Positions 48,274 to 57,525 of a stretch of DNA of 64,000 nucleotides are shown piece after piece. The notes under the pieces were generated by a model, which was given only the letters and a program-made list of their open reading frames with translations, made no database searches and was not told where the DNA came from. Within the stretch, counting starts at the first letter, position 1. The number at the start of each line of letters is the position of its first letter. The translations under genes and the position numbers were made by a program. The stretch is from Ruminococcus sp. (GTDB lineage Bacteria; Bacillota; Clostridia; Oscillospirales; Ruminococcaceae). The stretch is taken from positions 52,093 through 116,092 of the forward strand of contig JAJBSV010000007.1 in assembly GCA_020861185.1 (NCBI GenBank), given 5' to 3'.

Positions 48274-48978
48274 GTGAAGCGGATTGTCGGAGAGTCGGAC
48301 AACATCGTCTTCTTCGGCGGCGCCGGAATGTCGACCGAGAGCGGCGTGCCCGATTTCCGCTCAGTGGACGGGCTGTATAACCAGAAATACGACTATCCGC
48401 CCGAGACGATACTCAGCCACTCCTTCTTCGAGGCGCACCCCGACGTCTTCTACGAGTTTTATCGCGACAAGACAATCGGACCGATGGTCGACGCCGAGCC
48501 GAACAAGGGGCACCTGAAGCTCGCCGAATGGGAGCGTGAGGGGAAGCTCAGGGCTGTCATCACCCAAAACATCGACGGGCTTCACCAGAAGGCAGGCTCA
48601 AAAGAAGTCTTGGAGCTCCACGGCTCCGCCGACAGGAACTACTGCCCGAAGTGCGGCAGGATTTTCTCGATGCGGGACATCCTTGAGGGAACAGGAATCT
48701 TCCGTTGCCCCGACTGCGGGAAAATCGTCCGCTCAGGAGCCGTCCTCTATGAGGAGCCGCTCGACGACAGCGTCGTAACCAAGACTCTTCACTACATCCG
48801 CAATGCCGACGTGCTGATAGTTGCCGGCACCTCGCTCGCCGTCTATCCGGCGGCAGGTTTCATAAACTACTACCCCGGCAACAAGCTCGTCTTCATTGAG
48901 AAGAATCCGAGTGTCACCAACCGCCGCGCCGACTATACCCTCCATGGCAAGGCGGGGGAGATATTGGATAGGCTATAA
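48274..48978 (+). CDS. cobB: NAD-dependent protein deacylase (Sir2 family)
   Basis: GAGMSTESGVPDFRS, TQNIDGLH and a Zn ribbon (CPKC...CPDC). GTG start. See the finding on the in-frame upstream ATG...TAG. Confidence 0.85.
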   Translation: MKRIVGESDNIVFFGGAGMSTESGVPDFRSVDGLYNQKYDYPPETILSHSFFEAHPDVFYEFYRDKTIGPMVDAEPNKGHLKLAEWEREGKLRAVITQNIDGLHQKAGSKEVLELHGSADRNYCPKCGRIFSMRDILEGTGIFRCPDCGKIVRSGAVLYEEPLDDSVVTKTLHYIRNADVLIVAGTSLAVYPAAGFINYYPGNKLVFIEKNPSVTNRRADYTLHGKAGEILDRL

Positions 48979-48980
48979 CC

Positions 48981-49015
48981 AAAAAAATAAGTACCCTACG
49001 GGTACTTATTTTTTT
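48981..49015. terminator. bidirectional intrinsic terminator
   Basis: A7-TAAGTACCC-tac-GGGTACTTA-T7. Confidence 0.75.
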
Positions 49016-49028
49016 GGTGGGAGAGGAT
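49015..49028 (-). other. 14-nt duplicate of the tRNA-Tyr 3' end (acceptor/CCA remnant)
   Basis: TGGTGGGAGAGGAT is identical to 49203..49216. Confidence 0.7.
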
Positions 49029-49172
49029 ACGCATTCTGCTCCGCAGAATGCGGTGAAAATCGGTTCTTCTTTATCGGATTGAGCCTGAACGCACTTCTGC
49101 ATTCCTTAAGCATTCGGAATGCACGACGCCGATTTTCATCCGAGCTCTTCATACATCCCCATCAAACCAAAC

Positions 49173-49198
49173 AAAAAACACCCATAAAGGGTGTTTTT
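49173..49198. terminator. bidirectional intrinsic terminator after the tRNA pair
   Basis: A6-CACCC-ataaa-GGGTG-T5. Confidence 0.7.
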
Positions 49199-49202
49199 CA
49201 TT

Positions 49203-49288
49203 TGGTGGGAGAGGATGGATTCGGACCATCGAAGCTGAAAAGCAACAGATTTACAGTCTGCCCCCTTTGGCCACTCGGGAACTCTCCC
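49203..49288 (-). tRNA. tRNA-Tyr (GUA), class II with long variable arm, CCA encoded
   Basis: Reverse complement: GGGAGAG..CCCGAGTGGCCAAAGGGG..GACTGTAAATC..long variable arm..GATGGTCCGAATCCATC CTCTCCC ACCA. Confidence 0.9.
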
Positions 49289-49323
49289 ATATTTGATTTA
49301 CAGAAAGCCATCAGGCTTACTTG

Positions 49324-49399
49324 TGGAGCTGGTGGACGGACTTGAACCCCCGACCTGCTGATTACAAATCAGCTGCTCTACCAACTGAGCTACACCAGC
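49324..49399 (-). tRNA. tRNA-Thr (UGU), CCA encoded
   Basis: Reverse complement: GCTGGTG TA GCTCAGTTGGTAGAGC A GCTGA TTTGTAA TCAGC ... CACCAGC T CCA. One G-G mismatch in the T stem. Confidence 0.88.
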
Positions 49400-49420
49400 A
49401 AGCACTCAACAACGTATGAT

Positions 49421-49449
49421 ATGATAACATATCGGAGCTCAAATGTCAA
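49421..49449 (-). promoter_or_regulatory. candidate promoter of the tRNA-Thr/Tyr unit
   Basis: Minus strand: TTGACA (49449..49444) - 17 nt - TGtTATCAT (49426..49421). Confidence 0.55.
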
Positions 49450-49533
49450 GCGTTTTTTGAAATATTTTTTTAGAAAGCTCAACGCAGGGCACTTGCTAAC
49501 CCTGCGTTGAAAATTTATCAGAGAAAAATGAAT

Positions 49534-51732
49534 TTACCAGGTGGTGTGCCCCGAATAGCTCGACTCGATCAAATCCGCCGAGCCGATTATCGAGACGGAG
49601 CTCGAGCCGACCGAGAGCGCATAAACTCTTCCGTCGCTCATGACATAGAGGATTCCGTTCGAGAGCTCAGCTCTTCCAAACTCGAATGCGCTGTCGACCT
49701 CGTGGGTCTCGACCGTTCCGACAAGGGTGAAGCCCGCGTCGCCGAGCTTATAGATTGCATAGGTGCAGCAATAATCGAAGCCGTCGAAGTATTTATACGG
49801 AACACCGACAAGACCGTTTGCCGCGTCCAGATAGAGAATTCTGTTGTCGCTGAGAGCCGGACTGTCGCAGTCCTCGGAGGAAATCATCGTCTCCGCAGAA
49901 ACCGCCAACTCGCCGACGTTATCCGTCTCAAGATACGCGAGCATCAGCATTCCGCTGTCGTCCTCGGTGAGGGTGACATATCCGTCGCCGAAGGATTGAA
50001 GCCCGAGTGTGAGGTCGACGCTGTCGTTACTCTCGATAATAGCCGGATTCGACGGGTCGGAGAAGTCCGCCACCTTGGTGTCATCCCCATTTCCGATAAT
50101 CACCTTCATGCCGTCGAAGGTCACCGTCTGGTAAGCCGACGGGAAGTCAGCCTCCGAAAGGAGATTCAGGTTTTCATCGAAAGCATAGACGGCTGTTATA
50201 TATCCGTTCTCGCCGCTTCTTAATGTCGCAACGAGAAGAACGTCATCACTCAAGCTTATTCCGCCGGTAAGGGCAACGCCCTCGATGGTTGCGGAATAGC
50301 TGAAGGTCGCCGCTCCGCCCGAAAGAGTGAGCTTTTCAACGGAGGTTTCCTCCGTTCCGGTGTAGCCGAAGACATAGACCGCATCCTCCGAAACGACCAC
50401 CTTGCCCTCAGAGCCGAGAACCGCCTGAACGGAAACGGGGCACGACGGGAGCGCCGCCGCAATTCCTCCGACGACGGTGTAATCAAGCGTCGAGAAGGAT
50501 TCGGGGATAAGGATGTTTGTCGCTTCTATATAGAGCTTTTCGCCGTTTACGTTGTAGCTCGGGACATAGCTGTCAAGATTGTCGCCCGTGAGAAGCGTAT
50601 TATGGTATTCGTCGTAGCTTGTGACGACATAGACATAGCCATCATCAAATACGGACTCAAGGTAGCTTCCGCTGAACGAGACCACAGAAGCGGTTGTGAT
50701 GCTTCCGTCAGTCGAGATGTCATAGACAACGACCTCGGCTGAATAGCTCGTGACGGTGTTTCCACCGTCCGAGTAGACGGAGGAAAGGATGCCCTCAACA
50801 AGCGATTCTTCGGTCGTCGCATTCGCCTGGATGGAAACCGGCTCCTCGGTCGTTACCGAGTAGACCGCGATGAGTCTTGAATCGACGGCATAGATATCCT
50901 CGAGCACTCTCGTCTCGAAAAGACCGTTCTCGGGGACGGTATCGCCGATATACTCAAGCGTGCCGGTGTCGGAAAGGATGACCTTGACGGTGCTTCCGTC
51001 CTTGATGTATATAATGTCGTTGCAGATAAGATAATTATCGTCGAGTTCGCCATCGGCGATTGTCGGGAGCCTTACTCCCTCGCTCAGGGTTACGTCCGGC
51101 TCGGTGTCGGTTGTTTCGACACTCTCGGAGGCTTCCTCCTCGGTCGGGCTTGTAGCCTCCGGCTCGGTAGCCGTGGTTACGGAAGCGTCGGTCTCGGCGT
51201 CTGTATCAACGGTGCTGTCCGAGTCGCTTGTGCTCTCGGAGCCGTTTTCGTTGTAAGAATTTTCAATCTCGGCGATTGCGGAATCAAGGGTTACTCTGTC
51301 CTCGTCGTCGGCATAATATTTCTTGAATGTCTTGTGGATTTCGTCATAGTCGGAAGCATAGGTTGAGCCCTTCGAGTCGGTCTCGACCGTCTCGACTTCC
51401 CCGAGATCAAAGTATCTCACGCACCCAAGGACGAGTGCCGCACATGCCGCAAGCGATGCAACTGTGCGATAGATTCTCGTGCGCTTTGTGTTGGAGCTGA
51501 CAGTAATCTGCTTCTTTTCAGGCTTCTTATTCGCCTTTTCGGTTGTATCGATAGAGTCGACAGAGGTCGGGACTTCGTTTGCAGTAACGGTTATCTCGGA
51601 CCTAAGCTCAGAACTCTTAGCTGATTCCAACTGATGAGCTTCCAGAAACGCGACGATATTGTCCGGCTCAAGTCTTTCCGGCACGGAAATATTCTGCATC
51701 ATTTCCCAGTAAACACTGTTCTTATTAGCCAT
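49534..51732 (-). CDS. membrane-anchored beta-propeller-domain protein, putative anti-sigma partner
   Basis: Short cytoplasmic N-terminus, one TM segment (VASLAACAALVLGCV), an acidic T/S linker, then a long beta-rich domain. It lies directly after the sigma gene. The ATG at 51732 has an AAAGGAG RBS. Confidence 0.5.
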   Translation of the reverse strand: MANKNSVYWEMMQNISVPERLEPDNIVAFLEAHQLESAKSSELRSEITVTANEVPTSVDSIDTTEKANKKPEKKQITVSSNTKRTRIYRTVASLAACAALVLGCVRYFDLGEVETVETDSKGSTYASDYDEIHKTFKKYYADDEDRVTLDSAIAEIENSYNENGSESTSDSDSTVDTDAETDASVTTATEPEATSPTEEEASESVETTDTEPDVTLSEGVRLPTIADGELDDNYLICNDIIYIKDGSTVKVILSDTGTLEYIGDTVPENGLFETRVLEDIYAVDSRLIAVYSVTTEEPVSIQANATTEESLVEGILSSVYSDGGNTVTSYSAEVVVYDISTDGSITTASVVSFSGSYLESVFDDGYVYVVTSYDEYHNTLLTGDNLDSYVPSYNVNGEKLYIEATNILIPESFSTLDYTVVGGIAAALPSCPVSVQAVLGSEGKVVVSEDAVYVFGYTGTEETSVEKLTLSGGAATFSYSATIEGVALTGGISLSDDVLLVATLRSGENGYITAVYAFDENLNLLSEADFPSAYQTVTFDGMKVIIGNGDDTKVADFSDPSNPAIIESNDSVDLTLGLQSFGDGYVTLTEDDSGMLMLAYLETDNVGELAVSAETMISSEDCDSPALSDNRILYLDAANGLVGVPYKYFDGFDYCCTYAIYKLGDAGFTLVGTVETHEVDSAFEFGRAELSNGILYVMSDGRVYALSVGSSSVSIIGSADLIESSYSGHTTW

Positions 51733-51794
51733 CCCGACACTCCTTTCTATTGAAATTAATTTATTTGTTTGGGCAGACAGGTTGCGAAGCAACC

Positions 51795-51813
51795 TACAAT
51801 ATCCGCCCCTACA
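51795..51813. repeat. REP1 half-copy (right arm only)
   Basis: ACAATATCCGCCCCTACA matches the REP1 right terminus. Confidence 0.6.
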
Positions 51814-52359
51814 CTAATCAGATAGCGCTTTTCGTAGCTTCTGCTTTGCTCGTGCTATATACGTTCGCACGGTGGCGTTGTTGATTTCGGTGATTTTGCT
51901 CACCTCGTCGCTCGTGTAGCCGTAGATGGCGTTAAGCGTGAAGCAAATCTTTTCGTTGTGACTCAGCCCCTCGATGTGCTCGAGTAGCTCGATTCCCTCA
52001 TACTTCGCTTCGTTGACGGGGATGTCGTTCATCTCGCCTTCCTCGGCGTCCTCATAGTCCGAGGTGGTGGAGCTGATATACTCTCGCTGACTGATATATT
52101 CCGCCTGTTTTCGCTTTATCTTGGCGGTCAGGATTTTGACCATCCAACCCTGGAAAGCCTCTTCGTTCTTGAGATTCTTAATCCCCGTGAAAGCATCCAA
52201 AACCGCGTCGCTCACGGCATCCGCCGCATCGTCCGCATTGTTAAGGTTACACAGTGCGTAGTAATAAAGGTCTTTATAAATGGCGGAATAAAGCTCGCCG
52301 AACGCAGAAGCATCGCCCCGCCTTGCACGGGTCACAAGCTCCTTGAAGTCGGATTTCAT
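51814..52359 (-). CDS. ECF/sigma-70-family RNA polymerase sigma factor
   Basis: Region 2 (FGELYSAIYKDLYYYA..) and a region 4 HTH (YGYTSDEVSKITEINNATVRTYIARAKQKLR). Confidence 0.85.
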   Translation of the reverse strand: MKSDFKELVTRARRGDASAFGELYSAIYKDLYYYALCNLNNADDAADAVSDAVLDAFTGIKNLKNEEAFQGWMVKILTAKIKRKQAEYISQREYISSTTSDYEDAEEGEMNDIPVNEAKYEGIELLEHIEGLSHNEKICFTLNAIYGYTSDEVSKITEINNATVRTYIARAKQKLRKALSD

Positions 52360-52646
52360 ATATCAGTCTCACCTCGATTCGCTGTAAGATATTATATTAC
52401 CACTATCCACACAGCCTCTTCATCGAAGTGCTTCTGTATAAATAGTGTCCGAAAAACCCGATTTTGTTTCAACCGAAATTAAAAAATTTTTTGTGGTGCT
52501 GATGTAGGATGGAAGTTTGCCGAAGGCAAATCTTCCGCAGGAATGAGCAACGCTCATTCCTGTTATTATACACGAATTCATCCCCGATTACAAGACACTC
52601 TGACAAAAAACATCATTTTATACAACTGTTTTTACATAGCGTGCCA

Positions 52647-52671
52647 AGAGAAAAGCCGGCACGAAGCCGGC
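52647..52671 (-). terminator. intrinsic terminator after the Fn3-repeat gene
   Basis: Minus strand: GCCGGC-ttcgt-GCCGGC followed by TTTTCTCTT. Confidence 0.7.
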
Positions 52672-52704
52672 TCTCCCCTATTTTAATCGATTGCGCGTAA
52701 CTTT

Positions 52705-55143
52705 TTACTTGACGGTAACAGACATGTAGCTGCACGCCTTGAGGTCGGTTGAAAGGTCAGTCTGATAAGGAACTGCAACAACTCTTACCTTGTAGGTTGT
52801 GCCGGATGTGAGACCGGTGATTGTGGTCGAGGTGCCGCTTGTTACGGTAGCCTTGCACTTGTAGGTGGAGCTTGAACCCTCGGCAACATAGACCTTATAG
52901 CTGGTTGCGCCGGAAACGGCAGTCCAGGAAACGGTTATCGAGCCGCTCGAAGAGCTTGTTACTGATGTCAGGCTCGAAAGAGTTGCCGTGCTTGCTACGG
53001 GATCGGTAGCGGTGACGGTCGAGGTCTTTGTCGAGCAGGTGATGGTAACGGTGCCGGAGCTGTAGCCGGTGTCAGCTACTACATAGAAGTCATAGCTTGT
53101 GCCGTCGTTGAGACCCTTGATGGTAACAGCGGTCTTCGTGACGGTTCCTGCCTTCTTCCATGTGGAGTTAGAGGATCTCTTCCAGTAAACGGTGTAGGAA
53201 GTAGCATCGTCAGCCGCAGTCCAGGAAAGGGTAATCTTTCCGCTGTTGCCCGAAGTAGCCTTGAAGGAAGTCGGGTAGACGGAAGCGTCACTGTCGGAAG
53301 ATGAGCTGGAATCAGACCCGGTGCCGGTACCTGAGATATAGGTAATTTTGCCTACAGTTTTCAAGCCGCCGGAAGAAGTAATCGCATAGACATAAGCTAT
53401 GAAGGAAGCATTCTTTCCATAAGGAATGGTGGCGCTATTAGTAGTAACAGTCTGCGAAGAAGATCCGGTCGAGTTTACACCACCATACATAACGTAGTAA
53501 GCGGTTGCTCCACTGACCTTATCCCATGTAAGAGTGGTGCCAAGTGTAGTCTGAGAAGAAATGTAGACACCGTCGGTTTCAGTAGAAGTAGCAGTCGTGG
53601 TGTTGGTTGTGCTCGAGGACGAGCTAGAAGTGGTTGTTGCCGCGACAGTAGCAGACGCCCAAGCACCGGTTACGAGCGCAGAGCCCGTCGAATCCATAGG
53701 TATAACGTAGATTGTGACAGCGTAGGTATTAGCTACGGGAATGGTAGCGCTTGTAGCAGATGTTGTAAGTGTAGTGCCGGTTGTGTTTGAGCCAACTACA
53801 TAGTAAACAAGGTATGTGTCTGCGCCCGAGTAAGCGGTCCAAGAAATCGTCTTGTAGCTTGCATACGAATAAACGGTGCATCTGGTACCGGAAGTCGTAG
53901 TGTAAGTGGTTGTGCTCGTGCTCGAGCCGGTGACTCCTCCTATAATTGTTGTATTGCCAACAGTAGCGAGGCTGTTTCCGTTCGCATCATAAGCATAGAC
54001 ATAGATAGAGTAGCTTGTAGAAGGATAGAAGAACTCATAAGTGAATTTAGTTGCAGTGCCGTAGTAAAGTCTGGTAGAACCTGCGTATACAGCGTAGTAG
54101 GTAGCCCCGGAATAAGCACTCCAGGACAAAGTATAACTGTAAGTGGCGTTAGAAGTAATACCGTTGCTCACAACGCTTATACCACTGGTATCACTCGAGC
54201 CAGACAAGCCGTTAATAGTTCCTGTTGTTCCGGAAACGATATACGCATAGCCTATTGTAGCTGAAGTGTTGCTTGAGGTTATACCATATACATACACGGT
54301 ATACGAATGACCGGTGATAAGGCTCAGCGACTTAGAGGTACTGCTTGTTGTTGTATATCCACTGCCGCTTGAACTTGTGGAATCAACGTATCTGATGTAG
54401 TAGGAAGAATAGCTGCTCGAGCCGTTCCAGGACAAGGTATAAGTAGTTGCCCCAGTAGAAGAGCTCGAAGAACCTGCTACTACATACAAACCGGAAGCAT
54501 AGCCAGTAGTAGAACCTGAGCTGGAGCTACCTATTTTGCATGTGTCAACAGTAGTGGAAGCTCCCTCATTACCCGATTTACTCCATCCTATAAGAGATAC
54601 GGAGTAAAGAGAAGAATAAGCTACACTGATAGTAGTACCACTTGTTGCATTCTTTACCTCTGTGCCGGAATCACTGCTTGATGTCTTGTAGAGGAGAGAA
54701 TAGCTTGAATAGCTATCATCAGTCCAAGTTACCTTAACGGCGCTGTCACCCGATTGAGTAACGACAAGACCACCTGAAGTATTGCTTGATGCAGTGTAAG
54801 TTACACTCTCAGTATCCGGCAAGGTAGTTGCATAGGTTCCATCAACATATACATCAACATTGAGAAGCAAAGAGCCAGAAGCAGTGATTTCTATTTCATC
54901 TACACTGGTTGTGTCTGACTTCGTGGATGATGATGCAAGTGTCTTGGAGTTTGTCTTATCGGTGAGCGTGTAAGTGTAAGTAATCGCTGTTGCACTGGAA
55001 TCAGTGTAAGACCATTCGATTTTTACAGTGTTATCGCCGTTATCAGTGATAGACGCTGAACCTGTCGCCGCAAACACCGAGAGATTGAGCATGGAGACTG
55101 CCAGAATGAGGGCGGTTGCCAATGCTAAAAGTCTTTTAGTCAT
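52705..55143 (-). CDS. secreted Ser/Thr-rich protein with ~9 fibronectin-type-III-like repeats
   Basis: Signal peptide MTKRLLALATALILAVSMLNLSVFA. Recurring ..Y.L.W.A.SGAT.Y.VY.. modules. Extreme S/T/Y/G composition. Confidence 0.7.
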   Translation of the reverse strand: MTKRLLALATALILAVSMLNLSVFAATGSASITDNGDNTVKIEWSYTDSSATAITYTYTLTDKTNSKTLASSSTKSDTTSVDEIEITASGSLLLNVDVYVDGTYATTLPDTESVTYTASSNTSGGLVVTQSGDSAVKVTWTDDSYSSYSLLYKTSSSDSGTEVKNATSGTTISVAYSSLYSVSLIGWSKSGNEGASTTVDTCKIGSSSSGSTTGYASGLYVVAGSSSSSTGATTYTLSWNGSSSYSSYYIRYVDSTSSSGSGYTTTSSTSKSLSLITGHSYTVYVYGITSSNTSATIGYAYIVSGTTGTINGLSGSSDTSGISVVSNGITSNATYSYTLSWSAYSGATYYAVYAGSTRLYYGTATKFTYEFFYPSTSYSIYVYAYDANGNSLATVGNTTIIGGVTGSSTSTTTYTTTSGTRCTVYSYASYKTISWTAYSGADTYLVYYVVGSNTTGTTLTTSATSATIPVANTYAVTIYVIPMDSTGSALVTGAWASATVAATTTSSSSSSTTNTTTATSTETDGVYISSQTTLGTTLTWDKVSGATAYYVMYGGVNSTGSSSQTVTTNSATIPYGKNASFIAYVYAITSSGGLKTVGKITYISGTGTGSDSSSSSDSDASVYPTSFKATSGNSGKITLSWTAADDATSYTVYWKRSSNSTWKKAGTVTKTAVTIKGLNDGTSYDFYVVADTGYSSGTVTITCSTKTSTVTATDPVASTATLSSLTSVTSSSSGSITVSWTAVSGATSYKVYVAEGSSSTYKCKATVTSGTSTTITGLTSGTTYKVRVVAVPYQTDLSTDLKACSYMSVTVK

Positions 55144-55420
55144 TTTTTATGACACTCCTTTTTTCAAAAATTTTTTAGATTCCCCCTTAGGAGTTACCTC
55201 CTGCAGGTTACCGAGTACATTATAACATCTTTTGCCCTGTTGTAAACCCCGAATTATTAATTTTCACAGGGAGAAAATTAATTTTTCGACTCAGAATCAC
55301 ATTTCCGAGGTTGCAATTCGTCTGAAAAGGTGTTACACTTATAATACAAATTGAGTGGCGCAATTATTGCACCCGAGAAAAATATTTTTCAAAAAATTTT
55401 TTGAAAGGACATGAAAACAA

Positions 55421-56464
55421 ATGACAACTGTAACAAGAAGAGATTTCGGATGCCTCTCGACCGGCGAACCCATCTCGCTCTATGAGCTCAAGAACTCAAT
55501 CGGCGCGTATGTCGAAATCATCACCTACGGCGGAGCTATCCGCTCGATAAACGTCCCCGACAAGAACGGCTATATCGCCGACGTAGCTCTCGGATATGAC
55601 GACATTTCCGGCTATGAGAATCAGGACAAGTACATCGGCGCGCTCATCGGTCGCCACGGCAACAGAATCGAGGACGCAAAGTTCAAGCTCGGCAGAAAGA
55701 CCTATACCCTCGGCAAGAACGACGGCAGAAACAATCTCCACGGCGGCTTTGAGGGCTTCAACAAGAAGATTTGGGACGCATCCGTTGACGGCGAAAAGCT
55801 CGTCCTCAACTACACCTCTCCCGACGGCGAAGAGGGCTTCCCGGGAACGCTTCACGTCACCGTCAAGTACTCCTTCGACGACGACTGCGCACTCAAGATA
55901 GACTATAATGCGGTAGCCGAGAGCGACACCATTTGCAACCTCACCAACCACTGCTACTTCAACCTCGACGGTCAGGGCACAGGCTCGATCGAGAAGCATT
56001 CTCTCAAGATTAACGCCACCCACTTCACGGTCGGCAATTCCGAGTGCCTCCCCACCGGCTATGTTGCAAAGGTTGAGGGCACACCGCTCGACTTCACCGA
56101 CTTCCACGTCATCGGCGAGAGAATCAACCAGAAGCACGAGCAGCTCGTCTTTGCCGGCGGCTACGATCACAACTGGTGTCCCGACGGCGAGGGCTTCAGG
56201 CACATGGCAACTCTCAAGGCGGCTAACGCCGGACGCACGATGGAAGTATGGTCGGACACCCCCGGCATGCAGTTCTATTCCGGCAACTTCCTCAACGGCA
56301 CAGCCCCCTACGGCAAGAACGGCAAGCCGGTCGAGAAGCGCGACGGACTCTGCCTCGAAACCCAGTTCTATCCGAACGCCATGAAGTTCGACAACTTCGA
56401 GAAGCCGATACTCAAGGCTGGAGAGAAGTATCATCACGTTACGGTGTATAAGTTCAGCGTTTGA
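55421..56464 (+). CDS. galM: aldose 1-epimerase (galactose mutarotase)
   Basis: GRHGNRI, NNLHGG, LTNHCYFNL, ETQFYPNA motifs. Confidence 0.9.
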   Translation: MTTVTRRDFGCLSTGEPISLYELKNSIGAYVEIITYGGAIRSINVPDKNGYIADVALGYDDISGYENQDKYIGALIGRHGNRIEDAKFKLGRKTYTLGKNDGRNNLHGGFEGFNKKIWDASVDGEKLVLNYTSPDGEEGFPGTLHVTVKYSFDDDCALKIDYNAVAESDTICNLTNHCYFNLDGQGTGSIEKHSLKINATHFTVGNSECLPTGYVAKVEGTPLDFTDFHVIGERINQKHEQLVFAGGYDHNWCPDGEGFRHMATLKAANAGRTMEVWSDTPGMQFYSGNFLNGTAPYGKNGKPVEKRDGLCLETQFYPNAMKFDNFEKPILKAGEKYHHVTVYKFSV

Positions 56465-56466
56465 TA

Positions 56467-56521
56467 AACCCCTCCACCGGCTTCGCCGGTCCCCCTCCCC
56501 TTTCAGGGGAGGCTTTTTTTT
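56467..56521 (+). repeat. REP2 element (sub-type a), acts as the galM terminator
   Basis: AAACCCCTCCACCGGCTTCGCCGGTCCCCCTCCCCTTTCAGGGGAGGC followed by T8. Confidence 0.8.
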
Positions 56522-56549
56522 GCTCTCGCAAAAGTTTGTGCAGAATACA

Positions 56550-56601
56550 AAAAGGCTCCCCTGAAAGGGGAGCTGGCGCCCGAAGGGCGACTGAGGGGTT
56601 T
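56550..56601 (+). repeat. REP2 element (sub-type b), inverted partner of 56467..56521
   Basis: AAAAGGCTCCCCTGAAAGGGGAGCTGGCGCCCGAAGGGCGACTGAGGGGTTT. Confidence 0.8.
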
Positions 56602-56659
56602 GCATGAAGCACTTTCCTCCCGCATATGCTTTAACAGCATGTACGAGAGGATGTTTTTT

Positions 56660-56878
56660 ATGACCCGTTCGCAGAATAAGCTCCGAAAACAAAAGCTCCT
56701 TGCTATCGAAGCCGATATCAAGGAGATTTCTGATGCTATTGAAGTTGCCGAGAGCTGTTTTAACGAGACGACCGACAGCGACCTGATGGACGCGCTTATC
56801 TACGATCGTGCGGCTCTTGAGTCCCGTTATAACTATCTGATAAGAGAGCTCAAGACTTTGGAAGAAGTCACTCAATAA
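56660..56878 (+). CDS. DUF2508 (YaaL-like) small protein
   Basis: 72 aa from the ATG at 56660 (GAGAGG RBS). The ..DSDLMDALIYDRAALESRYNYLIRELK pattern is typical of YaaL-like proteins. Confidence 0.55.
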   Translation: MTRSQNKLRKQKLLAIEADIKEISDAIEVAESCFNETTDSDLMDALIYDRAALESRYNYLIRELKTLEEVTQ

Positions 56879-57509
56879 ACCTGCCGATGCGCTTGCGGAC
56901 GGCTTCCGCCATGGGTCCGATTGTAAGAGCCATCAGAACCGTCACGATTCCGACCGTGCCGCCGATGAGATATCCGAGAACGGCATAGCCGCCGTCCCAG
57001 AGGATACGGACAACCCGGAACGGGAGCTTTTTCTGCGCCTTGAAGATGATTTCGGGAATCGAATCATAGGGCGATGCGCCGAGCCCAACCGAGGTGTAGA
57101 CCGCAACCGAGAAGACGAATATGCAGAGTATCACAACGCAGGCGACAATCTTCTCGGGCATTGTCGTGAATGAAAAATCGGGCAAGATTAGCGTCCGAAG
57201 CCATGTCATGAAGTCGCAGGCATAGCCGACGATGAACATGTTGCAAACTGTTCCGATGCCGATGTTCTCCCTCCCCTTCCAGAAAACGAAGACGAAGAGA
57301 ACGCAGTTGATGAGCGCCTGCCAGCTCCCGAAGCTTATGCCGAGGATTTCCGCCATGGCGAGATTAACGACCGAGCAGGGGTCGGTGCCCCAAGCCAGAA
57401 GGTTCAGCCACGACACGCAAAAGCCCATCATCGTGACCGCCACGACGCAAAAGATAACACGCCGAGCCATATGCGGCTTGCGGAAGATTGATATAAGAAA
57501 GTCTTTCAT
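56868..57509 (-). CDS. YczE/YitT-like membrane protein
   Basis: 213 aa and polytopic. The G.DP..V pattern in the first loop resembles YczE-type proteins. Confidence 0.55.
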   Translation of the reverse strand: MKDFLISIFRKPHMARRVIFCVVAVTMMGFCVSWLNLLAWGTDPCSVVNLAMAEILGISFGSWQALINCVLFVFVFWKGRENIGIGTVCNMFIVGYACDFMTWLRTLILPDFSFTTMPEKIVACVVILCIFVFSVAVYTSVGLGASPYDSIPEIIFKAQKKLPFRVVRILWDGGYAVLGYLIGGTVGIVTVLMALTIGPMAEAVRKRIGRFIE

Positions 57510-57525
57510 ATTTGCAGCCCCAATA

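Noticed and set aside
49013-49165. Possible tmRNA or extra tRNA (minus strand starts GGGGAUG and ends CCUCUCCCACCA)
   Set aside because: There is no 5' partner for the acceptor stem and no T-arm (GTTCRANYC) or D-arm. It is far too short for tmRNA and has no tag ORF. It is kept only as a remnant or unknown structured segment.
52501-52575. Two strong hairpins followed by CTGTTATTATAC, resembling the 3' end of the type I-like cassettes
   Set aside because: Only ~12 nt are shared, which is essentially a -10 box context. There is no peptide ORF, no sense promoter and no 5'-3' pairing. It is more simply the promoter and leader of the sigma-factor operon.
55496-56875. A 459-aa minus-strand ORF and ORF 7195..7704 containing PLKGEGDRR.RW(W)RG
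   Set aside because: The first is antisense to galM and DUF2508. The shared peptide is only the translation of the REP2 repeat, not a protein domain.
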